Shown: piece after piece, positions 33,405 through 45,166 of the stretch
Layout: every line of letters starts with the position of its first letter
How positions within the stretch are numbered: the stretch's first letter is position 1
Assembly (NCBI RefSeq): GCF_001194135.2
Contig: NC_068994.1
Span: 30,771,281 to 30,817,877, forward strand
Reading direction: 5' to 3'
From: Octopus bimaculoides
Taxonomy: Eukaryota
DNA length: 46,597 nt
Translations under genes and position numbers: made by a program
The notes under the pieces: generated by a model
Seen by the model: only the letters and a program-made list of their open reading frames with translations
The model's database searches: none
Told to the model about the DNA's origin: nothing

Positions 33405-34004
33405 CGAGGGGGTACCCAAAAGAAACCGGAATTTTGCAATAGTATTTTATCCACTTGGTTTTACATGATTTCAATTGCAATTCCTCGTTCAAAATTCGCT
33501 GGCAGGAGCTCCAGGACAAACTAGTTATATCAACAAGTTCGTCAATTGTTCGGTGACGGTCCTTCAAGATCAGTTCCTGAATTTTCACGATCTTTTTCGT
33601 TCGATCGGAAGGTCGACGGTCGCCCTAAACGAGGTTGGTCTTCAAACGACAACTGACTATTTCTAAAACGTGAAAACCACTCGTAAACTTGTATTTTGTT
33701 CATGGCAGCGTCCTTATAAGTTGTCTGAAGCATGACAACTGTTTCGACCGCCGTTTTCCCAGCACAAAACAGAATTTCACGGAAGCACGTTGTCCCTTCG
33801 TTTCAGTTATCGCAAAAATCGACGAACAGAGGAGAAGCATTGCAAAACAAAGACGCACCACGTGGCAGTACGACTTCACTCGACGACCCCGATCGGCAGA
33901 CTTTTGCCTGAGGGTTGCATCAAGTGGCTTTAGCGGCGGAAGCCCGAACTACAGTGAGTCTATCTCACAGAGAAAGTTTCCGGTTACTTTTGAGTACCCA
34001 CTCA
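33405..34004 (-). mobile_element. 600-bp internally deleted mariner with both TIRs
   Basis: TIRs CGAGGGGGTACCCAAAAGAAACCGGAA / TTCCGGTTACTTTTGAGTACCCACTCA, with TA on both sides (33403-33404, 34005-34006). Transposase HTH remnants VYEWFSRFRN...EDQPRLGRPST and KDRHRTIDEL. Confidence 0.9.
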
Positions 34005-34209
34005 TATGTTCAGACTGTAACACTATACACCTTACAGTTTGTCATTGCATATTGGTGGTGTAGTATGTGCGAAAAAAAGAAAAGCGTGGAGGAAAGGGAG
34101 ATAAGAGTTGTGTCTCTATGACTCGTTTGGAGGAGAATAAACAATGGTTGGTGAAGGTTAATTAAACGGGAAAAGGTTGGTTTGTAAGGCTACATATTTA
34201 ACCCTTAGA

Positions 34210-34490
34210 GGGTGGCGGTCTCCAGTTCGGTAGTTGGAACTTGTCAAGATGTTTGCATTTTGTGGAAAATTCAAATCCCAGGTTCATGTAGGTCGGGTGA
34301 GTTCTTAGATTTAAAATGGATATGAATTCTTTTAGCTAAACAAAGCTTGCACCTCCTTCACCCATTAACTTATGGCGTGCATCGTTCAAAGATACTCCAC
34401 TTGATGTTTTGTGGGGTATGTTTAGCGTTGAGGTCCCAGATGTGGCTAGCCAGCTTGATAGTCTTGTTCTTGTCTTTGAACAGGAAAGAA
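34210..34490 (-). mobile_element. Penelope-like endonuclease C-terminal fragment
   Basis: KLASHIWDLNAKHTPQNIKWSIFER...RCKLCLAKEFISIL...EFSTKCKHLDKFQLPNW. Confidence 0.7.
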
Positions 34491-37195
34491 AACTAGTTAG
34501 CATATCCTCTTTTTAAAAGTGACTTTTACTTAGTGTAATATATGTATTTCTTTTCAGTTTCGTTATTTCGTACACAGCTGAGCTAACCATGCATTCCTGG
34601 TTGGATAGGCAAATATTTGGGTTTCTGAAGCTACCTGTTGCAGTGGGGTGCTGTTATGACTTCAGTATAATAATATTTTTCATGTGGGGGCAACAGCTTT
34701 TTGTATACCTATGGCTATCTGGAAATGTTAATCTATCAAGGAGAAAGGTGGCGGTGAAATATATACACAAAAACAACACTAACTGAAGAAGCACTCAACA
34801 CATAAAAGTAAATTCTATACCGGTTTCACAAAGAAAAGCTGTGAAAATGACTGAGAAGTTTCGTTGGTATATACATATATCCAAAGTGGTCGAAAAATCT
34901 CCTCAGGTCAAAGCGGAACGTGATCTTAACCTTACATTGTAAATTAGCTTGGGAACTCGTTTCTTAAAAATATCTGACTTAATCATGAATCACCCATTCA
35001 AAAGGTATTCTTGACACTGTAAAATATCTTCGGTAAGTACTTCAAGTAAAAACTATGGAATTCTGATTTTTCTAGTAAAACTGGATGATTTTGGTTTCTT
35101 CCTATATCAATAATGAGGATCTGAAGAAATCTAATTATAATAGAGAAAAGTGCAGTTAAAATGTAACCAAAATTGCATCAATCTTCATTTTAAGTCTAAA
35201 ATGAGATCCAAAATTCTCAATAATCCCAATTTGGTTATATCTTCATAAAAATGTAATTTTTATGGCCTATTTTGAAAACTTCAGCGTGGCTTTCATCCCT
35301 TTTCGATCAAATCGAAAAATGACTTATTCACGGCAATGTTACCTTTTACTAACATTACCTTTACTAACATTACAATATGAAGGCTCATGTCAGTGAATAA
35401 TGTAAAAAAACCTACTTTTGCTTTACTTTTTTGTAGAAACCCCGTAATTTTAAAACAGATGAGGCTCGTTTTCATCATTTATGTCAAATCAAAATAATTA
35501 CATTTAGAAGTACAAATCCACAACCCTTAAATAGTCTAAAACAATACAAGGCAAAGTTTCCGATTGAGCATCTTCACCTAAAACTTGTTCAAACTTTTTT
35601 CTGAAAATCCTTTCTGATATTGGTTTTTAATATACGAGATTGGAAATTCCGGAATTAACATTCTTAAGTTGTAAGTGATCCAAATTTATATGCATATGAA
35701 AAATAGTATCATACAGTGCTGGATCATAGCATAAATCATTACTTGCAGCCCGATTTGGCAACCCTGCACAAGTAAAAGTTTCTTTTGTGTTTATATATGA
35801 AACATTACGTTAGACATATCCGTTTCCACATTATGTTAATCACACATACTATTTATATCTCCATATAGGCAGTATAAGCTCTAAATTAACATATCTCCAT
35901 GTAAACAGTACTAGCTCTAAATTTGTCTACATGTAAGCAGTATTAGCTCAAAACATCTCGCGAGAAACTTCCCTGCTGATCTTATTGATTTTTATGATCT
36001 TTCGTGTTATCATATAAATTTCACATTGACTGGCTGCAACGGTTTTTTTTTTATTATTTTGGGCTGTGAAGTTAATGTGAGGGATGTATAACCACTTTCT
36101 GGACTGCTTTTTTTATATTGTGTATACTATTGATGTAGTAAGCATCTTAAACTGGTGAATTCTCCATCGTTGTCGACGACGAGTATTGTGTCGTTCAATC
36201 AACTGAACTATCTGTTTATTGAACTAATGCAAAGGTGGCTCTGTAATCCACAGATAACGTGTACTTTGAACGCTATTTCCAGGCTGAATCAACGCTACGA
36301 GGCCGGACCTTCGAATCAGGTACAATACAAAGAAAGAAAGAAAAAACTGACTTATATGTTAGACTGGTATTTTATTGATAACAAGGTTGACCTAGGTGGG
36401 ATTCGAACTTAGGCTACAAAGAGTCAGCAAAACAGAATTCATTCTGGTTTTGTGTGTGTTGACGTTCTAACTATATTGCCAATTTAACTCCTCATTTTAG
36501 AAATATACAATTTCAGAATGTCTTCGTTTATTTACGTAAACTTTGCTGCGTTGATAAAATTTCTGGGACCGTAATACATAAAAGATTGTAAACAGATTTA
36601 CCAAACAACATTATAATTATGATAACAACAATAATACACACACACATATATATAAAGTACGTGTGTGTGTGCATATATATGCATATTTGTGTGTGTGTGT
36701 ATGTAATGGATTCGATGCGTCGTGGTCACCAATTGCAACAGTTATATGTAATATGTAGAAGTTAACAAATGTAATGGTAGGAAGTTTGGGTAAGGCTGCG
36801 TATTGCAAATTGAGAGAAGACTGTTACACAGTTAATCATTTTCGGGTGCATTGAAAGAAATTGACGCAAAATAATATATCCTCATAATAGATATTATTCA
36901 ACCGTTACAAAGTTTTCATACTATAACAAGTTGGAAGTATTGGGATGCCAGATAAACTGATTCGTTTGTTTTTCTATTTATTTTAATCTTCAGTTTTCGT
37001 GAACAATTTTAACAAATCAGTCGATAATATATTCTTCTTCGTTGTTCACGACTTCTTGCCAACGTTCCACTAGCTTGTCAATGTCTTGACACTGGGTTTT
37101 GACTCGAAATGTTTCGCTCCACGTTTTCAACTCCTTGTCGTTGTTGAACGAAACTCCTCGGAGAGCGATCGGAAAAGGTCATAATCTGAAGGCAC

Positions 37196-37877
37196 TGTAA
37201 TGGGTGTTGTTTATGTTGAAGAAGAGAAAGATGATGTGGATGTCGTTGTGTTGGACTTCAAGGAATAATGACAATTGCCGAAGTTGTAGATTATATATTT
37301 TATTGCACCGTTTCATATAATCATTTCCTAACCACGACGAGTAGGTTTGTATAAAATAAAACAGTCGAAAAGCATACCAGGTAAAAGAGAGTTGAATTAT
37401 CTTGTATGAAAGTGTATGGTCTTAAGTTTAGATATTGTTGTCGTTCTAACCGAAGGAAAGAGATTGACAGAGTGATGTTTGTTTAAAAAGGGGCTTGTGA
37501 ACAAGTGAGAGACAGGAGAGGGAAGTTGTATGGTGAAAACCATAGCTGCCGATTGCCACGCAGGATTGCTTTCTCTCCCCCACTCTGCCTGGTCTGCTGG
37601 GAACTGCTTGTATTTATAAGTACGCAGACCAGCTAGAAAAAGAGGTATATCGTAACTGTGACTAGTCACCTGTGGGGAAACTTATTTTATTTATTTAAAC
37701 TCTTTGTAGTCTAGAAGAGTTATCGGTCAAGAGGAAAACGCATCAATCAAATGATGGCAAGACCATAGGTTGAACGAAACGACGTTGTTCCACGACAGAA
37801 CAATAAGGCTGTATATTTAGGGGGAAATTTACTGATTCAGTTTCGAAGCTCAGGTAGGGCCAAGCGAGGTCTCTACA
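37196..37877 (-). mobile_element. Solo LTR (682 bp), Ty3/gypsy-like by its 4-bp TSD
   Basis: TGTA...TACA termini and GCAC TSD at 37192-37195 and 37878-37881. Minus-strand TATAAATA (37611-37618) lies upstream of AATAAA (37299-37304). Confidence 0.85.
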
Positions 37878-38542
37878 GCACTATATCAGGAGAATATGAT
37901 GGGTGCGATAGAACTTCTCAACCATGCTCTTGCATAGCATCTTTGGTCAAATTAGCGACGTAGGGACGAGCGTTGTCATGTTGAAGAAGCACGTAGTGTT
38001 TGTTGTCAGTTGGTGTTTCAGCTGGATTACCTCGTTGAATCAGTGCACTTGCTGGATGTATTGACAGGGAGGTTGTTTACAAGAATTTCGTAGTGGATTA
38101 ACCCTTCTCAATCCCACCAAATTTAGATTATTGTTTTTGTGGACGTAGCTCTTACCTGGCTTAGGGTGTTGCTTGTTTTTTGGAATTTTGCCATTATTTC
38201 TTCTGCTTCATATTGACATAAACACCATTTTCCCTTGTCTGTGACGATGCAGTAAAAACCTCTCTGTTTCAGTTCACGAATAGACTGGGTTCGAGTGAGT
38301 AAACTGGTAGCAATGGAGGAGCTCTGGAGTTTGTCTCTTTCGTTGAGAGTGTGTGGATCCATGTACCGAACTTTTGAACTTTATCCAGCGAATGAAGGTG
38401 ATGTACGACAGCAGCACGAGAACATCTCATCTGCTGGGTTAATTCCCAAGTAGATTGACGTAAATCCTCGTGGATGACCTGATTCAATCTCCTTATTGAT
38501 TTGAACCGGCGGGCTGGAAAGCAGAGAGCCAGACCGAATTTT

Positions 38543-39052
38543 GGATCTTTTCAATTTGACGGCCAGATTTTTTTATTAATTTTTTTTTTTCACTAAACAC
38601 TTTGAAACTTCGGATATTGGTAGAATGTGTCACACAGAACAGGGTTTACTCTTAACGTTTTTGACAAAAATTTGTATTTTAGAAGTTATTTCGTGTTAAA
38701 GTTGTCGTATTTGGGTAATTCTAACCAATCAATGACGTGTATTCAGCTGAAGAAAATTACTGCTGCTGTTTGCGAACAACTTTCGGGTCCACTCCCCAAA
38801 CAAAACCCTTCTTTAATAACCAGAGATGTTTTTATAGCAGCATAAGTTTGCTGTATGAGGGTTGATTAATTGGTTAGAATTACCCAAATACGACAACTTT
38901 AACATGAAATAACTTCTAAAATACAAATTTTTGTCAAAAACGTTAAGAGTAAACCCTGTTCTATGTGACACATTCTACAAGTATCCGAAGTTTCAAAGTG
39001 TTTTGTTAAAAAAGAATTAATTAAAAATCTGGCCGTCAAATTGAAAAGATCC
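38543..39052. mobile_element. Foldback MITE with ~185-bp TIRs
   Basis: Arms 38543-38729 and 38869-39052 are near-perfect reverse complements. TSD CGAATTTT at 38535-38542 and 39053-39060. Confidence 0.9.
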
Positions 39053-39355
39053 CGAATTTTCACTCCTCGAAGCGTGAAAACCATTTCTGTACACAACACC
39101 TCTGTACACAACACAATTGTCTCGAGTGGCTTTGGAAGCATTGGGACCTTGATTGAAAGCGAAGAGAAGTAAGTGTCGAAAATGCTCGTGTTTTTCTACT
39201 TGACACTCCCTTGTCATATGCCTAAAAAAAAGTAAAATATATTCAAATTTCAAAAACGATAAACAAAAATTATAGAGGAAAAATAACGCTATAAGCAAAG
39301 TAGCTTGTTAAAGTCTCTACTAGAGATGAAAATAGTAACTATACTGAGAAGTAAT

Positions 39356-39455
39356 GTTTGCCGCCACTTCAACACGGCTGTACCGTACGAACCGACGTTA
39401 CTATCACTTGGGGTTCAAAAATAGTAGTAACAGCCATGTTGAAGTGGTGGCAAAC
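39356..39455. repeat. 100-bp hairpin element with 26-bp arms
   Basis: GTTTGCCGCCACTTCAACACGGCTGT / ACAGCCATGTTGAAGTGGTGGCAAAC, complementary at 24 of 26 positions. Confidence 0.7.
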
Positions 39456-39569
39456 AATAGTGCTATAAATATATAGCACAATAGTGCTATAAATAATCTA
39501 TTTACTTATTACATGACACGCTTATATTGCTACCTATGTATGCACTACGCGTTATATATCTATATATGC

Positions 39570-39896
39570 GTTGGCACTCCGTCGCTTACGACGTCGAGGG
39601 TTCCAGCTGATCCGATCAACGGAACAGCCTGCTCGTGAAATTAACGTGCAAGTGGCTGAGCACTCCACAGACACGTGTACCCTTAACGTAGTTCTCGGGG
39701 ATATTCAGCGAGACACAGTGTGACAGGGCTGACCGTTTGAATTACAGGCACAACAGAAACAGGAAGTAAGAGTGAGAGAAAGTTGTGGTGAAAGAGTAAC
39801 AGCAGGGTTCGCCACCATCCCCTGTCGGAGCCTCGTGGAGCTTTAGGTGTTTTCGCTCAATAAACACTCACAACGCCCGGCCTGGGAATCGAAACC
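39570..39896 (-). mobile_element. Young tRNA-derived SINE, 5' end lost in the assembly gap
   Basis: Minus strand starts with B-box-like GGTTTCGATTCCC. CpG-rich body ending ...CGTAAGCGACGGAGTGCCAAC. Confidence 0.8.
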
Positions 39897-40013
39897 NNNN
39901 NNNNNNNNNNNNNNNNNNNNNNNNNNNNNNNNNNNNNNNNNNNNNNNNNNNNNNNNNNNNNNNNNNNNNNNNNNNNNNNNNNNNNNNNNNNNNNNNNNNN
40001 NNNNNNNNNNNNN

Positions 40014-40081
<68 letters not shown>

Positions 40082-40199
40082 CACATTTGCATTAAACAAA
40101 ATATTTTATTGATATCATGAATTACATTGTCGTAGCATACAAAGCATTCACACAACTCATTATTCAGCTCCAAAATAACTTATTTTTCACTTTACTCCT

Positions 40200-40587
40200 A
40201 CCTTAGTGCTTCACTACGCCCGAGGGAGGTCGTTGTTGTAGTAGTAGTTGGAGCGGTATTGATTATGGTTGTGGTTGTAGTGGTGATAGTTGGTTGTGGG
40301 GGGTTATAGTAGTGGCTGTAGTGGTGGTTGTTGGTGGTTATGGTTTTGATGATGGTGGTGGCAGCGGTGGTTATAGTGATGGTAGCTGTTGCAGTGGTTG
40401 TTGTAGAGGTTGTTGTGGTAGTGGTTATTATAGTTGTCGTAACCAAGTGGGTTTGATTAAATCGATTACTGCCTTTTCTAAAAAAATGTGTGGCCCCTAC
40501 TCATGTCAGAATTCATAAGTGTAATAGATTATTATGTTCATTGTTAGTAGTAGTAGTAGTAGTAGTAGTAGTAGCAGTAGTAGTAGC

Positions 40588-40627
<40 letters not shown>

Positions 40628-40635
40628 ATAGTAGT
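40200..40635. repeat. Degenerate (GTG/GTT)n tract and (AGT)n microsatellite
   Basis: Visible directly in the sequence. Confidence 0.85.
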
Positions 40636-41285
40636 ATTGAATGTTATTCAGTAATTGTGTTAATTGTTCTCTAAACAGTGTTGGCACATATTCTAAGGTT
40701 GCTTTTCTAGATGTTTTTTGTTTTTGTTTTTGTTATTCCTACTTTTGCGTGAGATTTGATATTAGCCAGAATATTTCTGACAGTTCGACAGAAAATAGAT
40801 TTGGATCCATATTAGTGCCATTATTGTGGCATAAAATCATGTGTGTGTGTGTGTGTGTGTGTACATACATAATGCATACATACATACATATATACATACA
40901 TGTATATATGCATGTATATATGTATACATGTTTTAATATTTCGCTTGGGCATTGCGATAGCAATAACCTGGCGTAGAAGTCAATATAGGTATGCCTCAGA
41001 AAGAAGCGTTAGTCGAGTACAGAACGGTATTAAGAAAATGAGATGACTAAGGAAGAAGCGATTAACTTATGAACTTCATTAGCTTACAGCTGTTTCCAAT
41101 ACAAGCTGTGGTGGGCTCATGCTTCAGTGCCTGAGTAACACCTTACATTTTCGCTTCATATTTGAAGCTCTGATGAAACGGTATGGTGTTACTCAGGCAC
41201 TCAAGTATGTATATATATATATTGTTGTGTCTAGATAGGTTATTATGCTAATAAGGAAATATGTATATATACATATATATATATA

Positions 41286-41337
<52 letters not shown>

Positions 41338-41907
41338 ATATTTCGGGATGGTCATTTTCTTTTTTTTTNNNNNNNNNNNNNNNNNNNNNNNNNNNNNNNN
41401 NNNNNNNNNNNNNNNNNNNNNNNNNNNNNNNNNNNNNNNNNNNNNNNNNNNNNNNNNNNNNNNNNNNNNNNNNNNNNNNNNNNNNNNNNNNNNNNNNNNN
41501 NNNNNNNNNNNNNNNNNNNNNNNNNNNNNNNNNNNNNNNNNNNNNNNNNNNNNNNNNNNNNNNNNNNNNNNNNNNNNNNNNNNNNNNNNNNNNNNNNNNN
41601 NNNNNNNNNNNNNNNNNNNNNNNNNNNNNNNNNNNNNNNNNNNNNNNNNNNNNNNNNNNNNNNNNNNNNNNNNNNNNNNNNNNNNNNNNNNNNNNNNNNN
41701 NNNNNNNNNNNNNNNNNNNNNNNNNNNNNNNNNNNNNNNNNNNNNNNNNNNNNNNNNNNNNNNNNNNNNNNNNNNNNNNNNNNNNNNNNNNNNNNNNNNN
41801 NNNNNNNNNNNNNNNNNNNNNNNNNNNNNNNNNNNNNNNNNNNNNNNNNNNNNNNNNNNNNNNNNNNNNNNNNNNNNNNNNNNNNNNNNNNNNNNNNNNN
41901 NNNNNNN

Positions 41908-42200
41908 GGCACCTTGGGTAAGTGTCTTTTACTATAGCCTCGGGCCGACCAAAGCCTTGTGAGTGGATTTGGTAGATGGAAACTAAAAGAAGCCCGTCGT
42001 TTATGTGTGTGTGTGTTTTCCCCACCATCGCTTGACAACCGATGTCGGTGTGTTTACGTCCCCGTAACTTGATGGTTCGGCAAAAGAGACCAATAGAATA
42101 AATACTCGGTTTACAAAGAATAAGTCCTGGGGTCGATTTGCTCGACTAAAGGCGCTGCTCCAGCATGGCCGCAATCAAATGACTGAAACAAGTAAAAGAA
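41908..42200 (+). mobile_element. Composite CORE-like SINE, CpG-intact copy
   Basis: GGCACCTTGGGTAAGTGTC...GCCTCGGGCCGACCAAAGCC...GGGGTCGATTTGCTCGAC...GACTGAAACAAGTAAAAGA. Confidence 0.85.
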
Positions 42201-42464
42201 TATATATATATAAAATTATAATTTAAGGTATCTAAGAGATACCGCCATGCTGAAAATAGGTTTTTATTCCCATGCTGGCCACTTGATAAAATCGATATTT
42301 AAATATTGATCTTATCCTTATTTATGTAAATATATATATGGATGTCACGAGCACATGATGACATGTTGCGATTGCGTCTGTAAGAGCTCCCTTGAAAATT
42401 ATATCAATAGGGTTTCCTACCTCTTCTGACGTTGATCATAGATACCATGAACGGTCTATCACGA

Positions 42465-42526
<62 letters not shown>

Positions 42527-43279
42527 AGTAGTAGTAGTAGTAGTAGTAGTAGTAGCTGTAGTTTAGCATTTTACTGGTACTATATTTATAGGTTCTCAAG
42601 GGATGAAAAACAAAGCTGAGTTTCGCGGGAGTTTTCTCAGAGCTAGTCTCAAAATTATATTGCCTTTTAGGCGACGCTTTAACGATTCTGTTAGCTAGCC
42701 TATCATTCTAGAAAGTTGCCGTAAATGTATGCAATATGATTATATTCGAGTTTCGTTCTTTCCTTCAATATATTTCACACAGACATTAGTCATAGTCCCA
42801 ATAACTTTCTTATTAGTTATAGGACACTCTCAGTTATATATGTTTATTAATGAATAAAGATGTGCCTTGTGAGGTTCATATATGTCAAATTATAACAGCT
42901 TATATACAGGTAGACATATCCATACTATAACAAAGAAAGCTGCTTATTAATTAACGTGGATTGCGTATATACATGCATATATACATACACACAAACACAC
43001 ACACATATACCCACACAGGCTCATACATATATATAAACTCTATCAATATAGCATAATGTACGTTTGTACTCGCTACGCCTGACACTGCGGTTTTCGTCCG
43101 GCAAAACTCTGCTTATAAGCGCGAGTTCAATCATTTCTGGAGCGATTTCGTTTTACCTATCTCTGAAGTAACTGTGTTTTTTTTTTAAATCTCTCTATAA
43201 AGGGATTTTTTCCGGGCGAAAAACGCAGTTACTTGTGTTTTAACTACATACTGGTGATCCGCTTCCATTGCTTAATTCA

Positions 43280-43332
<53 letters not shown>

Positions 43333-43337
43333 GTCTA

Positions 43338-43384
<47 letters not shown>

Positions 43385-43394
43385 GTCAATCTAT

Positions 43395-43429
<35 letters not shown>

Positions 43430-43430
43430 C
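43280..43430. repeat. (ATCT)n/(GTCT)n tetranucleotide microsatellite
   Basis: Visible directly in the sequence. Confidence 0.95.
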
Positions 43431-44258
43431 CCCCCCTCTCTCTCTCTATATATATATATATAGAGAGANNNNNNNNNNNNNNNNNNNNNNNNNNNNNNNN
43501 NNNNNNNNNNNNNNNNNNNNNNNNNNNNNNNNNNNNNNNNNNNNNNNNNNNNNNNNNNNNNNNNNNNNNNNNNNNNNNNNNNNNNNNNNNNNNNNNNNNN
43601 NNNNNNNNNNNNNNNNNNNNNNNNNNNNNNNNNNNNNNNNNNNNNNNNNNNNNNNNNNNNNNNNNNNNNNNNNNNNNNNNNNNNNNNNNNNNNNNNNNNN
43701 NNNNNNNNNNNNNNNNNNNNNNNNNNNNNNNNNNNNNNNNNNNNNNNNNNNNNNNNNNNNNNNNNNNNNNNNNNNNNNNNNNNNNNNNNNNNNNNNNNNN
43801 NNNNNNNNNNNNNNNNNNNNNNNNNNNNNNNNNNNNNNNNNNNNNNNNNNNNNNNNNNNNNNNNNNNNNNNNNNNNNNNNNNNNNNNNNNNNNNNNNNNN
43901 NNNNNNNNNNNNNNNNNNNNNNNNNNNNNNNNNNNNNNNNNNNNNNNNNNNNNNNNNNNNNNNNNNNNNNNNNNNNNNNNNNNNNNNNNNNNNNNNNNNN
44001 NNNNNNNNNNNNNNNNNNNNNNNNNNNNNNNNNNNNNNNNNNNNNNNNNNNNNNNNNNNNNNNNNNNNNNNNNNNNNNNNNNNNNNNNNNNNNNNNNNNN
44101 NNNNNNNNNNNNNNNNNNNNNNNNNNNNNNNNNNNNNNNNNNNNNNNNNNNNNNNNNNNNNNNNNNNNNNNNNNNNNNNNNNNNNNNNNTATATATATAC
44201 ACAACATCAGATCAGAAAAGTAGATAAGCACAAGTAGGCTTAATGCGTATATTTACAT

Positions 44259-45166
44259 CACTGGTTCTCAAAGTGGGTGGTACCGCCCTGGGGTGGGGGG
44301 CGGTGAGAATTTCCACGGGGGCGCTGAAAGGTTAGGAGGGTGTTAGGTGTTTGGTGGATGGCCGAAAGATGGCCAGAAGGTGGGATTAATAGAGAAAAAC
44401 TTGAGAAAAGGATGTGGAAAGGCAAGTTACGAAAGGCTAACGAAAAAATGAATGCGTTTAAGTGTCACGTATGCCTTAATTCTTTTGGTGAGGTCTTCAT
44501 GATGGGAATGGCAAAATGACATAGATATCCAGAATAATTCGAAAAAACGTTTCAGATAAAACATACCACGATATTTTATCCAAATGTTCATTGAATATAA
44601 TGGCCAGTATTACCTGATGGAATTACATGATGGAATTATTTTCCCTTTGGTATAGTCGAACACTGTAGTGAGTGATTCAGCTGCCGCATCACTGTAAGCG
44701 CAGTAATACGAGTTCACGCCTCGTTTTCGATTCTCCGCTGCTTGGCACCAAACGCTTAGCTTTGACTAGTTGGCGTTTAAAGTTTGATCTGTTCACAAGT
44801 CCTTGCGGTGCCGTTGGTGTTGATTTCTCAACCAATGTGTAACGGTACACACATCTCTCCAACATTCAATCACTAACATGGCAATTCCACTTAAGTACAG
44901 CCATAATGCATAGCATCGTGCATTCAGCAGGAGTGAAGAAGAGATGCCGGTAATATAAGGTCGAATATTTGAAATACGGCTTTATTCCATCACCTCACAG
45001 CGAGCAATTGCCATTTTGCCTGATATGCAAGAAGACATTATCAATCGAAGCCGTCAAGCCTTCGAGACTGAGCAGACATTTCAAGAACCTGTATCCCGAT
45101 AAAGCCGATAAAGATGTGACAAAGTTGCGTGACAAATGTGGCAAGAACAAAACTTTACATTACATG
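44259..45166 (+). mobile_element. 5' part of a hAT Charlie/Buster-type transposon with a dead BED zinc-finger start
   Basis: Terminus CACTGGTTCTCAAAGTGGG. ATG at 44906, then VKKRCR*YKVEYLKYGFIP...PFCLICKKTLSIEAVKPSRLSRH, with TAA at 44951 where Q is expected. Confidence 0.75.

Larger units (their letters stand above)
36940..39340 (-). mobile_element. Mariner (DD34D) transposon, decayed, carrying two nested insertions
   Basis: ECQVEKHEHFRHLLLFAFNQG; KVQKFGTWI(P)H; LLQHDNARP; HPSYSPDIV|PSDYDLFRSL. TIR-like TATTGGGATGCCAGATAAAC at 36938. Confidence 0.85.

Noticed and set aside
35120-35160. CTGAAGA...GAAA near-match
   Set aside because: Stem II is offset, and no credible stem I or stem III exists.
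35753-35766. ATTTGGCAACCCTG as a hAT terminal repeat
   Set aside because: It looks like a CAGGGTTGCCA terminus, but I found no partner end, TSD or transposase, so it was not annotated.
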